Both the position numbers and the translations under genes were made by a program. From IMG/VR virus record IMGVR_UViG_3300014934_000112, positions 3,769-67,768 of that record: DNA of 64,000 bases; one strand, given 5' to 3'. The DNA is from a virus. This document shows, piece after piece, positions 36,570 to 45,631 of the stretch (positions are counted from its first letter, which is position 1; every line of letters begins with the position of its first letter). Below the pieces are notes generated by a model, which was not told where the DNA came from, made no database searches, and saw only the letters and a program-made list of their open reading frames with translations.

Positions 36570-37099
36570 TCATTAAGCTCAAGACCACATTCGTCTCTCT
36601 TAGCAAAATACTCAGATTCAACTTCATAGTGAACATCTTTATATAATTGCTCATAATATGATTTCTGTAATTTGAAAAATGCAACCTTTAAATCATTTTC
36701 GTAAAATTTACCCTGCTGTCCATTTTGAATTGTGCGATATCCAATTTCTGGATGGTTATATGAAACTGAAATAATTGATCCATTATAACCAATGCTCATA
36801 TGAATTCCTCCATTGACATCCGCCCGATATTCAACCTGGTGTCCGTCAATAAACCCATATGGATGCCACTCATAATCATCTGGCGCAACAGTTGGTTCAA
36901 TAACATCAAAATATTTTTCCAATTCATCTCCTGACATCACGCCAAGATGTACTCCATCTACACCAAATCTAAAATTAATAACATTTTCATCTGTATCAAT
37001 CTTAACAATCTCACATACCTCGCCAAGATTATCGAAGCATCCCATTGATTTCTTTAATTTAATCTTATGATCTGTTGTCAATTCATTAATATTAATCAT
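36563..37099 (-). CDS. Hypothetical protein
   Basis: A 178-aa ORF. Confidence 0.4.
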   Translation of the reverse strand: MININELTTDHKIKLKKSMGCFDNLGEVCEIVKIDTDENVINFRFGVDGVHLGVMSGDELEKYFDVIEPTVAPDDYEWHPYGFIDGHQVEYRADVNGGIHMSIGYNGSIISVSYNHPEIGYRTIQNGQQGKFYENDLKVAFFKLQKSYYEQLYKDVHYEVESEYFAKRDECGLELNEW

Positions 37100-38127
37100 G
37101 CTGCCACCTTACCTTTCTTACTAAAATGTTTATTCCATGCATCAACCGCTTCTTGTTGATCGGCAGTTAGAGGATCATTGAATCTTTGCAGTGCTTGTAC
37201 GATTCGTCCATTTTGTATTTCAATCGTCACTAACGATTTGTTTGGTTCTTTTACTCTTCTCAAGAACATAATATGGCATTCGCCATCAATGACTCGATCT
37301 ATGTAACTTGCCACACAATTATTCTGCTGTACCGCTTCGTCTTTGATGTCTTGAGTGGAGTCTGGATAAAAGAATCTCAGTCCTTTATATGTAAATTCGT
37401 ATTCTTTATTAATACGGCTCTTAAAGACTTCTTCCGAAAATTCTTTTTGTAATCTTTTGTAATTTCTTGTGACAATATCCATTGTTGTTTTGAAATGTCT
37501 TGGATATCTATCAAATTTATGACTGATTGCGTCCATCATACGGGCATAATCACGCAATTCTCTGAGCAACCAATTTATAGCAACAATTGCTTCAAACGTC
37601 ATTATCTTATCCATATAAACAAATACATCTGCGAGATTATATCCATAATCCTTATTTAAAGACGTTAATATTTCCATATAATAATCTGTGCTACGATTAG
37701 CAAAAAAGAACATTAAGTCGGATTGAGTCACTGTCATATATTGTGTTTGAAGAATTGTTTGAACATAATCTGGATATTTTTTGTAAAAATCAACAAACTT
37801 GTTATTTAATAAGCGGTTCGTCTTCACACCAATACAATAATTTCTTAACCATTTTGGTACTTCATTAATTGAATATCTGAAATCTTCTGCAATTTGTTTG
37901 TGCGTAAACCCTATAGCGAAGAACTGCTCACATACTGAATATTGACTTGCATATTCAAACAAAGTTCCCAAATTATAATCAATGAAGCCACATGTAGTTC
38001 TTCCCATTTCACAATTTCTTCGCCAATTTACATATTTTAGAAACTCTGCATAATGTGGATCGGACACAAACAATTTATCCAATTCATCAGCTGAATGTCC
38101 AGACAGAATATTATTTAAAGCTTTCAC
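37096..38127 (-). CDS. Hypothetical protein, possibly PcfJ-like
   Basis: A 343-aa protein whose C-terminal NCVASYIDRVIDGECHIMFLRR resembles the PcfJ domain. Confidence 0.35.
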   Translation of the reverse strand: MKALNNILSGHSADELDKLFVSDPHYAEFLKYVNWRRNCEMGRTTCGFIDYNLGTLFEYASQYSVCEQFFAIGFTHKQIAEDFRYSINEVPKWLRNYCIGVKTNRLLNNKFVDFYKKYPDYVQTILQTQYMTVTQSDLMFFFANRSTDYYMEILTSLNKDYGYNLADVFVYMDKIMTFEAIVAINWLLRELRDYARMMDAISHKFDRYPRHFKTTMDIVTRNYKRLQKEFSEEVFKSRINKEYEFTYKGLRFFYPDSTQDIKDEAVQQNNCVASYIDRVIDGECHIMFLRRVKEPNKSLVTIEIQNGRIVQALQRFNDPLTADQQEAVDAWNKHFSKKGKVAA

Positions 38128-38323
38128 TTTCTTACCACTTTTGCCATAACAATCACCATTTGATAAATCATATTTGCAAGTTTTACCATCATCCAGATGG
38201 AAAATAATAAACTTGCCTTGTTTTTCTGCTGTAATAGTGTTTCAACTCCTTTTCTACCACAATATATAGTATATAATATTTATAGGCATACTATATATTG
38301 TGGTTATTTTTAACATCAAATTC

Positions 38324-38803
38324 CTATTTTATTGTCACATTATGTACACAACGATAATGTTTCATCTCTAAATAAAAATCTACAACATATTGACACAGAC
38401 CAATATACTCACTAAACACCCTATCAGACATCTCAATCCACCAAGAATGAAGTTTTTCATTACCATCATTTAAGATCAATACTGGAATATTGTTTTCATG
38501 AGCAATAGCAATTTCCATAGATGTGCCAATACTCTTTGGATCATTTGCATACACAATAATCAAATCACTATTCTTAACAAGACGAGTATCAAATCGCATA
38601 ACTTCTTTTTCTGTCTCATGTTTGTCATTTTCGAAATTGTAATAATCTACTGGATTGATAATGCTAACTGGTTTTACATCAACTAATGATTTCTCACAGC
38701 GACTATTGATACACCTACAAATTTCTTTTCTCCACTCATTCTGCTCTTCAAATGATAAATCCTGCATACCGCCTGCTAAATAAATCTGAAATACGTCACT
38801 CAC
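38324..38803 (-). CDS. Nucleoside 2-deoxyribosyltransferase-like protein (NDT/Rcl fold)
   Basis: Contains FQIYLAGGM near the N-terminus and GTSMEIAIAHENNIPVLIL, which includes the conserved catalytic Glu. Confidence 0.5.
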   Translation of the reverse strand: MSDVFQIYLAGGMQDLSFEEQNEWRKEICRCINSRCEKSLVDVKPVSIINPVDYYNFENDKHETEKEVMRFDTRLVKNSDLIIVYANDPKSIGTSMEIAIAHENNIPVLILNDGNEKLHSWWIEMSDRVFSEYIGLCQYVVDFYLEMKHYRCVHNVTIK

Positions 38804-39345
38804 TATTTCATTTCTCCTTTCACAACATAGGACTCAATCAATCCTTTTCTTAAGCGATCATTCATATCCTGAATGGCTTCCTCAATTGTTTTAAATTTAC
38901 ATGAACAAATATGCTCTTTTGTCAAATTAACAAATGAATATGTGCCATCGGATTTGTTCTTAAAAATAACCACCACTGATTCTTCCCCATTTGGCTTCTT
39001 AACAATAAATCTGAGCGCACCTTTTTGTGTTTCCTGTTTGTTTTCAAGTAAGATAGTATAATTGATTTTTAACCAGACACCATCTGCCCATACTTGTTTA
39101 ATTTTTTCTTCAGCATTTTGAAGTCTACAATGTTTATAATCAATACTCTCGATATTATAAGCACATGATTCAATGGCTTCTTTATCATTTTTTATTGTGA
39201 TTTGACCATGCGTTCCATTTCTTCCATCTGCAATCGCATCAATAAATTCTTCCACAGTATATTCTTTATCAAGCACGACATCATATTTAGTATATTTATC
39301 ATTATTAGAACGTGCTTGTTTTATTAATTTAAACATCTCTATCAC
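38803..39345 (-). CDS. Hypothetical protein
   Basis: A 180-aa ORF. Confidence 0.4.
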   Translation of the reverse strand: MIEMFKLIKQARSNNDKYTKYDVVLDKEYTVEEFIDAIADGRNGTHGQITIKNDKEAIESCAYNIESIDYKHCRLQNAEEKIKQVWADGVWLKINYTILLENKQETQKGALRFIVKKPNGEESVVVIFKNKSDGTYSFVNLTKEHICSCKFKTIEEAIQDMNDRLRKGLIESYVVKGEMK

Positions 39346-39598
39346 CTACTTTCTTATCAAATGTCTCTTGTAAATTTAACCAGAACTGCCCATCGTCAGC
39401 GAACCCATAATGATCCGCCATTGCTTTTGCAAATTCTTTTGTAACACTTTGTGATCCGTCAATCAACCCTTGAACATAATCAACATCCATGCCAATTTTA
39501 CTCGCAAGCTGATAAGGAGTCATCCTGCAAGATTCAACAAATTCTTCTAAGCATGTGCCAGGATGAAAAGCAATTTCATCTCCAGTCTTTACATACAT
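39329..39598 (-). CDS. HigA-like XRE-family HTH protein (antitoxin-like)
   Basis: AFHPGTCLEEFVESCRMTPYQLASKIGMDVDYVQGLIDG...FWLNLQ matches the HigA family signature. Confidence 0.55.
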   Translation of the reverse strand: MYVKTGDEIAFHPGTCLEEFVESCRMTPYQLASKIGMDVDYVQGLIDGSQSVTKEFAKAMADHYGFADDGQFWLNLQETFDKKVGDRDV

Positions 39599-39599
39599 A

Positions 39600-40433
39600 T
39601 CACACCATTCCTCTCACAATTCGTTCATTTGTTGTCATCAAGAAATTATTGATACGACCCCAATCTGGTTCGTCTGGTAAATCAGTATTCATATAATCAT
39701 AATCAAATTGATAAAGTAATCCTTCAATAAAAACATCGTATGATTGATTTGGGAAATATTCTGTATACTCATTGTGTTTGCCAAATCTATATGTTTTATG
39801 CGTACTATTGTATCCTTCTTTGATCTTTACAAGATCTTTTCCTATGTCGTCCATAGATCCAAACATTGTTCCGTTATGTAATAATTCAATGCCCTGCAAC
39901 AATAATCGAACTGCATGCATCATTGATTTATTAGCGTATCGTTCCGCCTTTTGCTTTTCTTTCTCTGAATCTTTATTTTTATAATACTTAAAACTCGTTC
40001 GAGTCAGGCAATCACATATATATCCTTTATATGCATGATAAACTCTCTTAGATAAAAACATATCTCTATTTTTGATCAGTTCCATACCAATATCAGATAT
40101 ATATAAATAGCGGTCTGGTGCAAAATATAACAGCTCTAAAAACGTAGGATTACCCTTTGCAAGCATATTGATCATCTTAATATGCGAATGTAACACAGTA
40201 TCAACATCTTTATGATCGTCTGTCTTTTCAAGATTATTTGGATTATTATTCAACAAAATCTCTCTTTTATCACTAAGGAAAACTCCACGTAAATCAATGT
40301 CAGAATCCTCTGTATTTGTTCCGTAGGCATAACTTCCACCTAACGTGAGAAAAGCGATTTTGCGAGGATAATCTCGCAAAAAGTCATACTCTGGAGACGA
40401 GTTTATGTAATCTTTCACTTCTTCAATTGTCAT
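39600..40433 (-). CDS. Pol-beta-superfamily nucleotidyltransferase (RlaP/PF10127-like)
   Basis: The N-terminal motif is FLTLGGSYAYGTNTEDSDIDLRGVF (GS..x..DxD). Confidence 0.5.
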   Translation of the reverse strand: MTIEEVKDYINSSPEYDFLRDYPRKIAFLTLGGSYAYGTNTEDSDIDLRGVFLSDKREILLNNNPNNLEKTDDHKDVDTVLHSHIKMINMLAKGNPTFLELLYFAPDRYLYISDIGMELIKNRDMFLSKRVYHAYKGYICDCLTRTSFKYYKNKDSEKEKQKAERYANKSMMHAVRLLLQGIELLHNGTMFGSMDDIGKDLVKIKEGYNSTHKTYRFGKHNEYTEYFPNQSYDVFIEGLLYQFDYDYMNTDLPDEPDWGRINNFLMTTNERIVRGMV

Positions 40434-40447
40434 GATTTCACCTCTTT

Positions 40448-40978
40448 CTAATATCCCATTGCTCGTTTGAATCTACTTAAATGCCCATAAACACCTTGTT
40501 GTGTCATTCCAATCATCTGTCCAATTTCTTTTTGCTCATATCCTTGTAAACGAAGTTTAATAATTTTTTGCCTTACTTCTGTTTGGTTATCAATTATTGT
40601 CTTCCAATAAACATATTCCATAGCAGAAGCGACAACATCTACTTTATCTGGTAAAATATTCTCTAATACCATATTCTCATCATCATATCCATTCAATGTA
40701 GACTCTAAAGAAATTGCATCCAAATGAACCCTCCTAACTTCACTATTAATTGATCTAAAATAACGAGAAATATCAGTCTTTAATTTTAGGAAGAAATATG
40801 ATGTAAATTTACTTTTCGAAGAATCATATGTATATGCTGCTTTGCATATTGCGACATGTGCAACCCCTAAATATGTATCATAATCAATCAGATTTTTAAA
40901 TTTTCTACCATAAAAATACTTGATCAAAGAGTAGTTATCTTCAATCAGCTTTCGCTGTTCGTCATTTAGTTTCTTCAC
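40448..40978 (-). CDS. Sigma-70-family sigma factor, paralog of 34853-35395
   Basis: Shares the N-terminus (K)LNDEQRKLIEDNYSLI and has a C-terminal HTH GYEQKEIGQMIGMTQQGVYGHLSRFKR. Confidence 0.55.
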   Translation of the reverse strand: MKKLNDEQRKLIEDNYSLIKYFYGRKFKNLIDYDTYLGVAHVAICKAAYTYDSSKSKFTSYFFLKLKTDISRYFRSINSEVRRVHLDAISLESTLNGYDDENMVLENILPDKVDVVASAMEYVYWKTIIDNQTEVRQKIIKLRLQGYEQKEIGQMIGMTQQGVYGHLSRFKRAMGY

Positions 40979-41492
40979 ATTTCTTTGCCTCCTGTTCTTT
41001 AATGAATTGCTCCATATGTTGTTTTAGTCTTTCATTAAAATTATCCATATTGGGTTCATTTTCTACTTCTATTAGTCCAGTCAACCCCCTATAACGTTTA
41101 ATTCTTGAAAGCATTTCGCTCCATTCCATTCTCATTGTTTGATTAAATTCTTGCATTGAGTCTTCTAAATACTCATCTGAAATATAAAAATTATCCATTT
41201 TGCATATATCTTTTACTAATATGTCGTAAGTAATATCTGCATTTCTATCAATCTTTGGAACAACTTTTTTAATTTCATATTGATAATCAAAAATATTAAT
41301 TGTGGCAACATTTTTAGTTAATATCGAATTCAGCAGATTAACTGGCATACAATAATTTTGAAAAATATAATGTATTTTGTCCGTTTCAATGTATCCAATT
41401 TGTAATTTGTGCGTAAAATAATTAACGTAATTCATATAGTTATACACTTTATACAATTGTTTATGTATAAAATTTACTTTGCAATTATCCAT
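40962..41492 (-). CDS. Hypothetical protein
   Basis: A 176-aa ORF. Confidence 0.4.
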   Translation of the reverse strand: MDNCKVNFIHKQLYKVYNYMNYVNYFTHKLQIGYIETDKIHYIFQNYCMPVNLLNSILTKNVATINIFDYQYEIKKVVPKIDRNADITYDILVKDICKMDNFYISDEYLEDSMQEFNQTMRMEWSEMLSRIKRYRGLTGLIEVENEPNMDNFNERLKQHMEQFIKEQEAKKCEETK

Positions 41493-41495
41493 ACA

Positions 41496-42443
41496 TCACA
41501 CTCCTAACACATATTTCTCACTTCTAAATCCAGCTGCATTTGGATGTCCGCCACCACCATATTTCACAGCGAGCTCATATACATTTACTTTATCTTGTTC
41601 TGCGGATCGCAACTGATATTCCCACATACTACCATTGAATGAAAAACCAATGAACATGTCGTATTTAGAAGCGTCAATAGACTCAAAGAAATCAGAATTG
41701 ATTAAAGCTCGGTTGATCGCATAAACCTTATACCCTTCAAATGTGGTTTCAAATCCATATGCTCTAAGGTACTGTTTTGCAGTAGAAGACAGATAATCCT
41801 TAATTCCTAAACCATCTTCAATCATATAATCAGTCAATCTCTCAGCTTCACATAATCCCATATCTCCATTTAACTTATCCAATAAATAATTCATAACATC
41901 AAAATCATATGACTCAAATGCATAATGGAACGCCTTAACATATTCTTCTGATTTTTTACTCCACGAGAATGTATCCCACAGAGCTGTATATTTTGCCAAC
42001 TGAGGAGTATTTTTAGAGAATTCTCGCAATAAAGAGGTCACATATTTCTCATCTGTCCTCTCAATTTGCTCCCAATCTTCGTCACATATATATTTAAAGT
42101 ACAACCATGTCAAATTCGCTCCAGAAATACCTGCTCCAGTTATTCGAATTCCTTTCACATCGCACTTGAAATCTTTATACGCTTCAATCGTGGACTGGTG
42201 ATGATCGATCCAAAACACATTCTTTGTGATACTTAACAACTGCCACATTTCTTCTGGCTCAATACTGTAGTCTACAATAAATACAAATTCATCCTGTTCG
42301 ATGTCATAAAACGGGAATTTCATACCGTAATTAATTTTTCGGAAGTCCTCTGGTTCAAATGCTAAACCTCGCTGTTCACAAGCTTTTCTGACGTAGAATC
42401 CAGACACGATTCCGTCTTGATCAACATGATAAAAACACTTCAT
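41496..42443 (-). CDS. DHH/DHHA1 phosphoesterase (NrnA-like oligoribonuclease / pAp phosphatase)
   Basis: Contains HVDQDGIVS (motif I), IDHHQS (DHH) and GGGGHPNAAG (DHHA1). Confidence 0.65.
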   Translation of the reverse strand: MKCFYHVDQDGIVSGFYVRKACEQRGLAFEPEDFRKINYGMKFPFYDIEQDEFVFIVDYSIEPEEMWQLLSITKNVFWIDHHQSTIEAYKDFKCDVKGIRITGAGISGANLTWLYFKYICDEDWEQIERTDEKYVTSLLREFSKNTPQLAKYTALWDTFSWSKKSEEYVKAFHYAFESYDFDVMNYLLDKLNGDMGLCEAERLTDYMIEDGLGIKDYLSSTAKQYLRAYGFETTFEGYKVYAINRALINSDFFESIDASKYDMFIGFSFNGSMWEYQLRSAEQDKVNVYELAVKYGGGGHPNAAGFRSEKYVLGV

Positions 42444-42727
42444 TATTTTTCCTCCTTTATCTGCTCACCTTTATTAATTGACTCAACATATATTTCCCAG
42501 TCATCTGCATATACATCTTCCGCAAGAGGTATCCAAACTTCTGCGTTTTCTTTATCAAATAAAAAAATAATTGAATCTGGCTTATATTCACCCATATCAT
42601 TACACTCAAAATAAACATTAGTTAATTCTGACGAATAAATTTTCAAATACTTTTCCTTTCCCCAAATGCCTCTTCTTATAGTAGTTTTGTCTTTTTTTAT
42701 TGCAGTCATTGCTTTTATAAAATTCAA
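42443..42727 (-). CDS. Hypothetical protein
   Basis: A 94-aa ORF. Confidence 0.35.
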   Translation of the reverse strand: MNFIKAMTAIKKDKTTIRRGIWGKEKYLKIYSSELTNVYFECNDMGEYKPDSIIFLFDKENAEVWIPLAEDVYADDWEIYVESINKGEQIKEEK

Positions 42728-42735
42728 TTAATTAC

Positions 42736-43047
42736 TCACCTCTTCCTTTTACTGTTAAAATCCCATCCTTGCTCAACCCAATCATTTGCGAAAATATCCT
42801 CTTGTGTAGGCAACCATCCCAATGTTATAACTCCATTTTGGTCTCTACATAAGAGTGGTTTCATTTTATATTTTTTATCAAATGGAATAATCTCATTTAA
42901 TTCTTCTTCGCACATCATAAACACATAATCATAAGTTGTTCGTGTCTTCTTCCACGAACTACGACGATACAATTGTCTTGGATTAATTTCCATATTTTGC
43001 ATCATCATTTCAAACGACATTCCTTGTTTCTTTTTTGCCATTGGCAT
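42736..43047 (-). CDS. Hypothetical protein
   Basis: A 103-aa ORF. Confidence 0.35.
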   Translation of the reverse strand: MPMAKKKQGMSFEMMMQNMEINPRQLYRRSSWKKTRTTYDYVFMMCEEELNEIIPFDKKYKMKPLLCRDQNGVITLGWLPTQEDIFANDWVEQGWDFNSKRKR

Positions 43048-43352
43048 TATTTCTCCTTTACAATCTTAACTTTATAACCAAGTTCCTTTTCAATTTCTGC
43101 AACCGTCATTTCTTTTGGCGGTGATAAACTCATATTTAAACTATCAATATCAGATTCCATATTCCAAACGCTTCTGTAGATCAATCGTCCCGTCAAAATA
43201 CAAATTGCTTTCTTAACTTCGTCTGCCGTCGGTGGATAATGATCTAATGATGAAATAATATGTTTGTAATTTTCTTCATTCAATAAAACACGTTTAGAAT
43301 CGAGGGATGTATTCTCTTCTTCCCGTGATTCAATATATAAGAAGTTGTTCAT
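43047..43352 (-). CDS. Hypothetical protein
   Basis: A 101-aa ORF with ATGA-type coupling to its neighbours. Confidence 0.35.
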   Translation of the reverse strand: MNNFLYIESREEENTSLDSKRVLLNEENYKHIISSLDHYPPTADEVKKAICILTGRLIYRSVWNMESDIDSLNMSLSPPKEMTVAEIEKELGYKVKIVKEK

Positions 43353-43519
43353 TATATCTCTCCTTTCTCAATTTCTTCTTTAATAATTCTATATGCAAGA
43401 GCCTCATCAGACTCTTTGTCATTAATTCCATTTCTTTCTAACAGCCTGTCCAATTCACTGGGACTCAGCCGATCAAAGAATCGTTTTATCTCTTGTTTTT
43501 GTTGTTGTCTCGATTTCAT
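43352..43519 (-). CDS. Small protein (55 aa), found by manual translation; the first gene after a long control region
   Basis: MKSRQQQKQEIKRFFDRLSPSELDRLLERNGINDKESDEALAYRIIKEEIEKGEI with the RBS AAGGAATTTAAACAAAAA; its stop overlaps the next start (TAATG). Confidence 0.35.
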   Translation of the reverse strand: MKSRQQQKQEIKRFFDRLSPSELDRLLERNGINDKESDEALAYRIIKEEIEKGEI

Positions 43520-43544
43520 TTTTTGTTTAAATTCCTTTAGTTCT

Positions 43545-43633
43545 GTTATTGTTTATAGTTGTCAAACATTACATGAAGCATAGAAAAATACCATATAGTT
43601 TTGTACCCATGTTATTTTTAATAGTTGTCAAAC
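43545..43633 (-). promoter_or_regulatory. Two copies of a 23-bp motif, GTTTGACAACTAT(A/T)AA(C/A)AATAAC, in a 270-bp intergenic control region
   Basis: Plus-strand 43545-43567 and 43611-43633 match at 21 of 23 positions; each carries TTGACA. Confidence 0.35.
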
Positions 43634-43791
43634 CACCAAATAACATAAATCCGACAAAATAACATAGATTTTAGTGAGTGCTATAACAAATCTCACTTTT
43701 GACGTACTCAAAAACTATTTGAGCAGAATATTTTTATATTCCCAAAACACACCAAATATTTTAAAATTTTTATTTTGTTTCTTAGCCATAT

Positions 43792-43977
43792 CTACTTCAC
43801 TACCTTACCATCTGGCATTATAAATTCCCAATACCCATCACTATTTTCAACTTCTTTTGGTTCTTCTTTATATATTTTCTCCATTAACTTCCGACCTCGC
43901 TCAATATCTTCTTTTGTCCAATTTTCTACTTCGTCAATCAAACCTTGCAAAAACTTCAATGATTCTTGTTTACTCAT
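43792..43977 (-). CDS. Hypothetical small protein
   Basis: A 61-aa ORF. Confidence 0.3.
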   Translation of the reverse strand: MSKQESLKFLQGLIDEVENWTKEDIERGRKLMEKIYKEEPKEVENSDGYWEFIMPDGKVVK

Positions 43978-43982
43978 GAGTC

Positions 43983-44264
43983 TTATTCCTCACATTTTCT
44001 ACCATATAGTAAGAATCCAATATCTCGTATTCTACCTATCTTACGATCATCCTTGTTTTCAAAAAATTCTAAAGAGTAAATATCACGATTAGAGGTATTT
44101 ACTGGTTTGTCAAATTTAACGGTCATATATCTATACCCATATCTGCGACCAATCTCATCTGTTCCGATGCGAGTAATTGTACCTTTGTCGTTATTTCTAA
44201 CCAAACCTCCTTTAGCCGCTGGCTTCATTCTATAAATATAAACTCTATCTCCGACCTTTAGCAT
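43983..44264 (-). CDS. Hypothetical protein
   Basis: A 93-aa ORF. Confidence 0.35.
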   Translation of the reverse strand: MLKVGDRVYIYRMKPAAKGGLVRNNDKGTITRIGTDEIGRRYGYRYMTVKFDKPVNTSNRDIYSLEFFENKDDRKIGRIRDIGFLLYGRKCEE

Positions 44265-44585
44265 TTACTTACCTTTCATTTCTTCATAAAGCTCTCTAAA
44301 TTTTCTAAAATCATCTGCACTGCCACCATTATCTGGATGACTTTTCTTCATTGCATACTTCACTGCGTCCTTAACATCTGAACGAGTTTCTTCCTTATTA
44401 TATGTATCATGTTCTTTGTTGTTAGCATCAGCCATAAACGACATCTTATCTAAGATCAGATTTACATTTGTCTGCCTCAGGCGATCCATCTTTCTTTCAT
44501 GTCTTAGAAATACGATCGCCCCAACGATACAAAACCCAATGGCATAGCCAATGGCAAACTCAATATTGACTTCCATGTTAATCAT
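44265..44585 (-). CDS. Membrane-anchored hypothetical protein
   Basis: A 106-aa ORF with an N-terminal TM helix. Confidence 0.35.
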   Translation of the reverse strand: MINMEVNIEFAIGYAIGFCIVGAIVFLRHERKMDRLRQTNVNLILDKMSFMADANNKEHDTYNKEETRSDVKDAVKYAMKKSHPDNGGSADDFRKFRELYEEMKGK

Positions 44586-44610
44586 CCTCCCTTTACATAA
44601 AACTCAGATT

Positions 44611-44919
44611 TTACATTTCACTCAGTAATCCTTTTACGACTTCTTTATCTTCATCTTTAACTTTTTTTGATTTTGTTGTTGCCATGAACTTTAACCACTC
44701 TTTTCTCATTTTCTTTTCATTATCATTTAGGTGTTCGATGACAATTAATTGCTTAGAATTAAGTTTGTCGTGACTAGAAATATAGTTATTCCATCCGTCT
44801 TTCCAAAACAGCTTGTTTGAGATAACTAATGCATATCCCATCAATGTTTCTCCATTTACCATTCTTGATCTAAAACACAGATTTCCATTTTCAATGAGAT
44901 TATTTCTCATATCTTTCAT
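44611..44919 (-). CDS. Hypothetical protein
   Basis: A 102-aa ORF. Confidence 0.35.
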   Translation of the reverse strand: MKDMRNNLIENGNLCFRSRMVNGETLMGYALVISNKLFWKDGWNNYISSHDKLNSKQLIVIEHLNDNEKKMRKEWLKFMATTKSKKVKDEDKEVVKGLLSEM

Positions 44920-45098
44920 TCTTCATCACCTTCTTCTGGTCTTAACATAATGCCAAGACCTGTACACATTCCTGTAAGTTTCTTATCCATTGCCTTAATT
45001 CTTTTGTAATTGTAATAAGTCATGTATGGTACTCCAATTCCAATTGCTATGATCACCATAAACGCCAATACCCAAATTATGTAAAACAAAACGTCCAT
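44916..45098 (-). CDS. Small membrane protein
   Basis: A 60-aa hydrophobic ORF. Confidence 0.3.
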   Translation of the reverse strand: MDVLFYIIWVLAFMVIIAIGIGVPYMTYYNYKRIKAMDKKLTGMCTGLGIMLRPEEGDEE

Positions 45099-45121
45099 TT
45101 TATCTTTCTCCTTTTCTACTA

Positions 45122-45631
45122 CTATCTCCTAAAATCAAACCACCATACTGTGTAAAAATTCTTCTGAAAATATGTATCGTCTCCGTCATCAAGTTCTGTA
45201 AAATATTTTCTGCCTCGTTCCTTAACATCGTCTTCATTGAAATAACTATATGCCCATGCAGGAATTGTGTAAGATTCCTTATCTTCTAAGCAAAGATTCA
45301 ACAAATCTTTGACCATCATCTGCAATTCTTCTTCATCATATCCCTGCGTCATTACGTCAAAATATGGGATATATGCCATATATGGAACCGAGTCATTTTC
45401 ATCTTTTAGAACTACGACAGGAAATGTTAGATTGTAATTCATATCAGCCTTGCTCCCTTGAATTGTAAATATTATTTTTTCTTCATCGGTTGTATCGTCA
45501 GTAAGTGCAAATAGCGAAACATCTCTAAGTGCGTATCTAATATTGTTTACATCCTTTCTTCTTATGTTTTTTCTTCTTATATGGCGTACAATCACGAACA
45601 TTAACCCATGACCATCTAAATGCTTCATCAA
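45122..45631 (-). CDS. Hypothetical protein; possibly the C-terminal part of a longer gene split by a frameshift at an A6 run
   Basis: A 169-aa ORF whose 5' end overlaps 45537-45767 in the +1 frame. Confidence 0.35.
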   Translation of the reverse strand: MMKHLDGHGLMFVIVRHIRRKNIRRKDVNNIRYALRDVSLFALTDDTTDEEKIIFTIQGSKADMNYNLTFPVVVLKDENDSVPYMAYIPYFDVMTQGYDEEELQMMVKDLLNLCLEDKESYTIPAWAYSYFNEDDVKERGRKYFTELDDGDDTYFQKNFYTVWWFDFRR

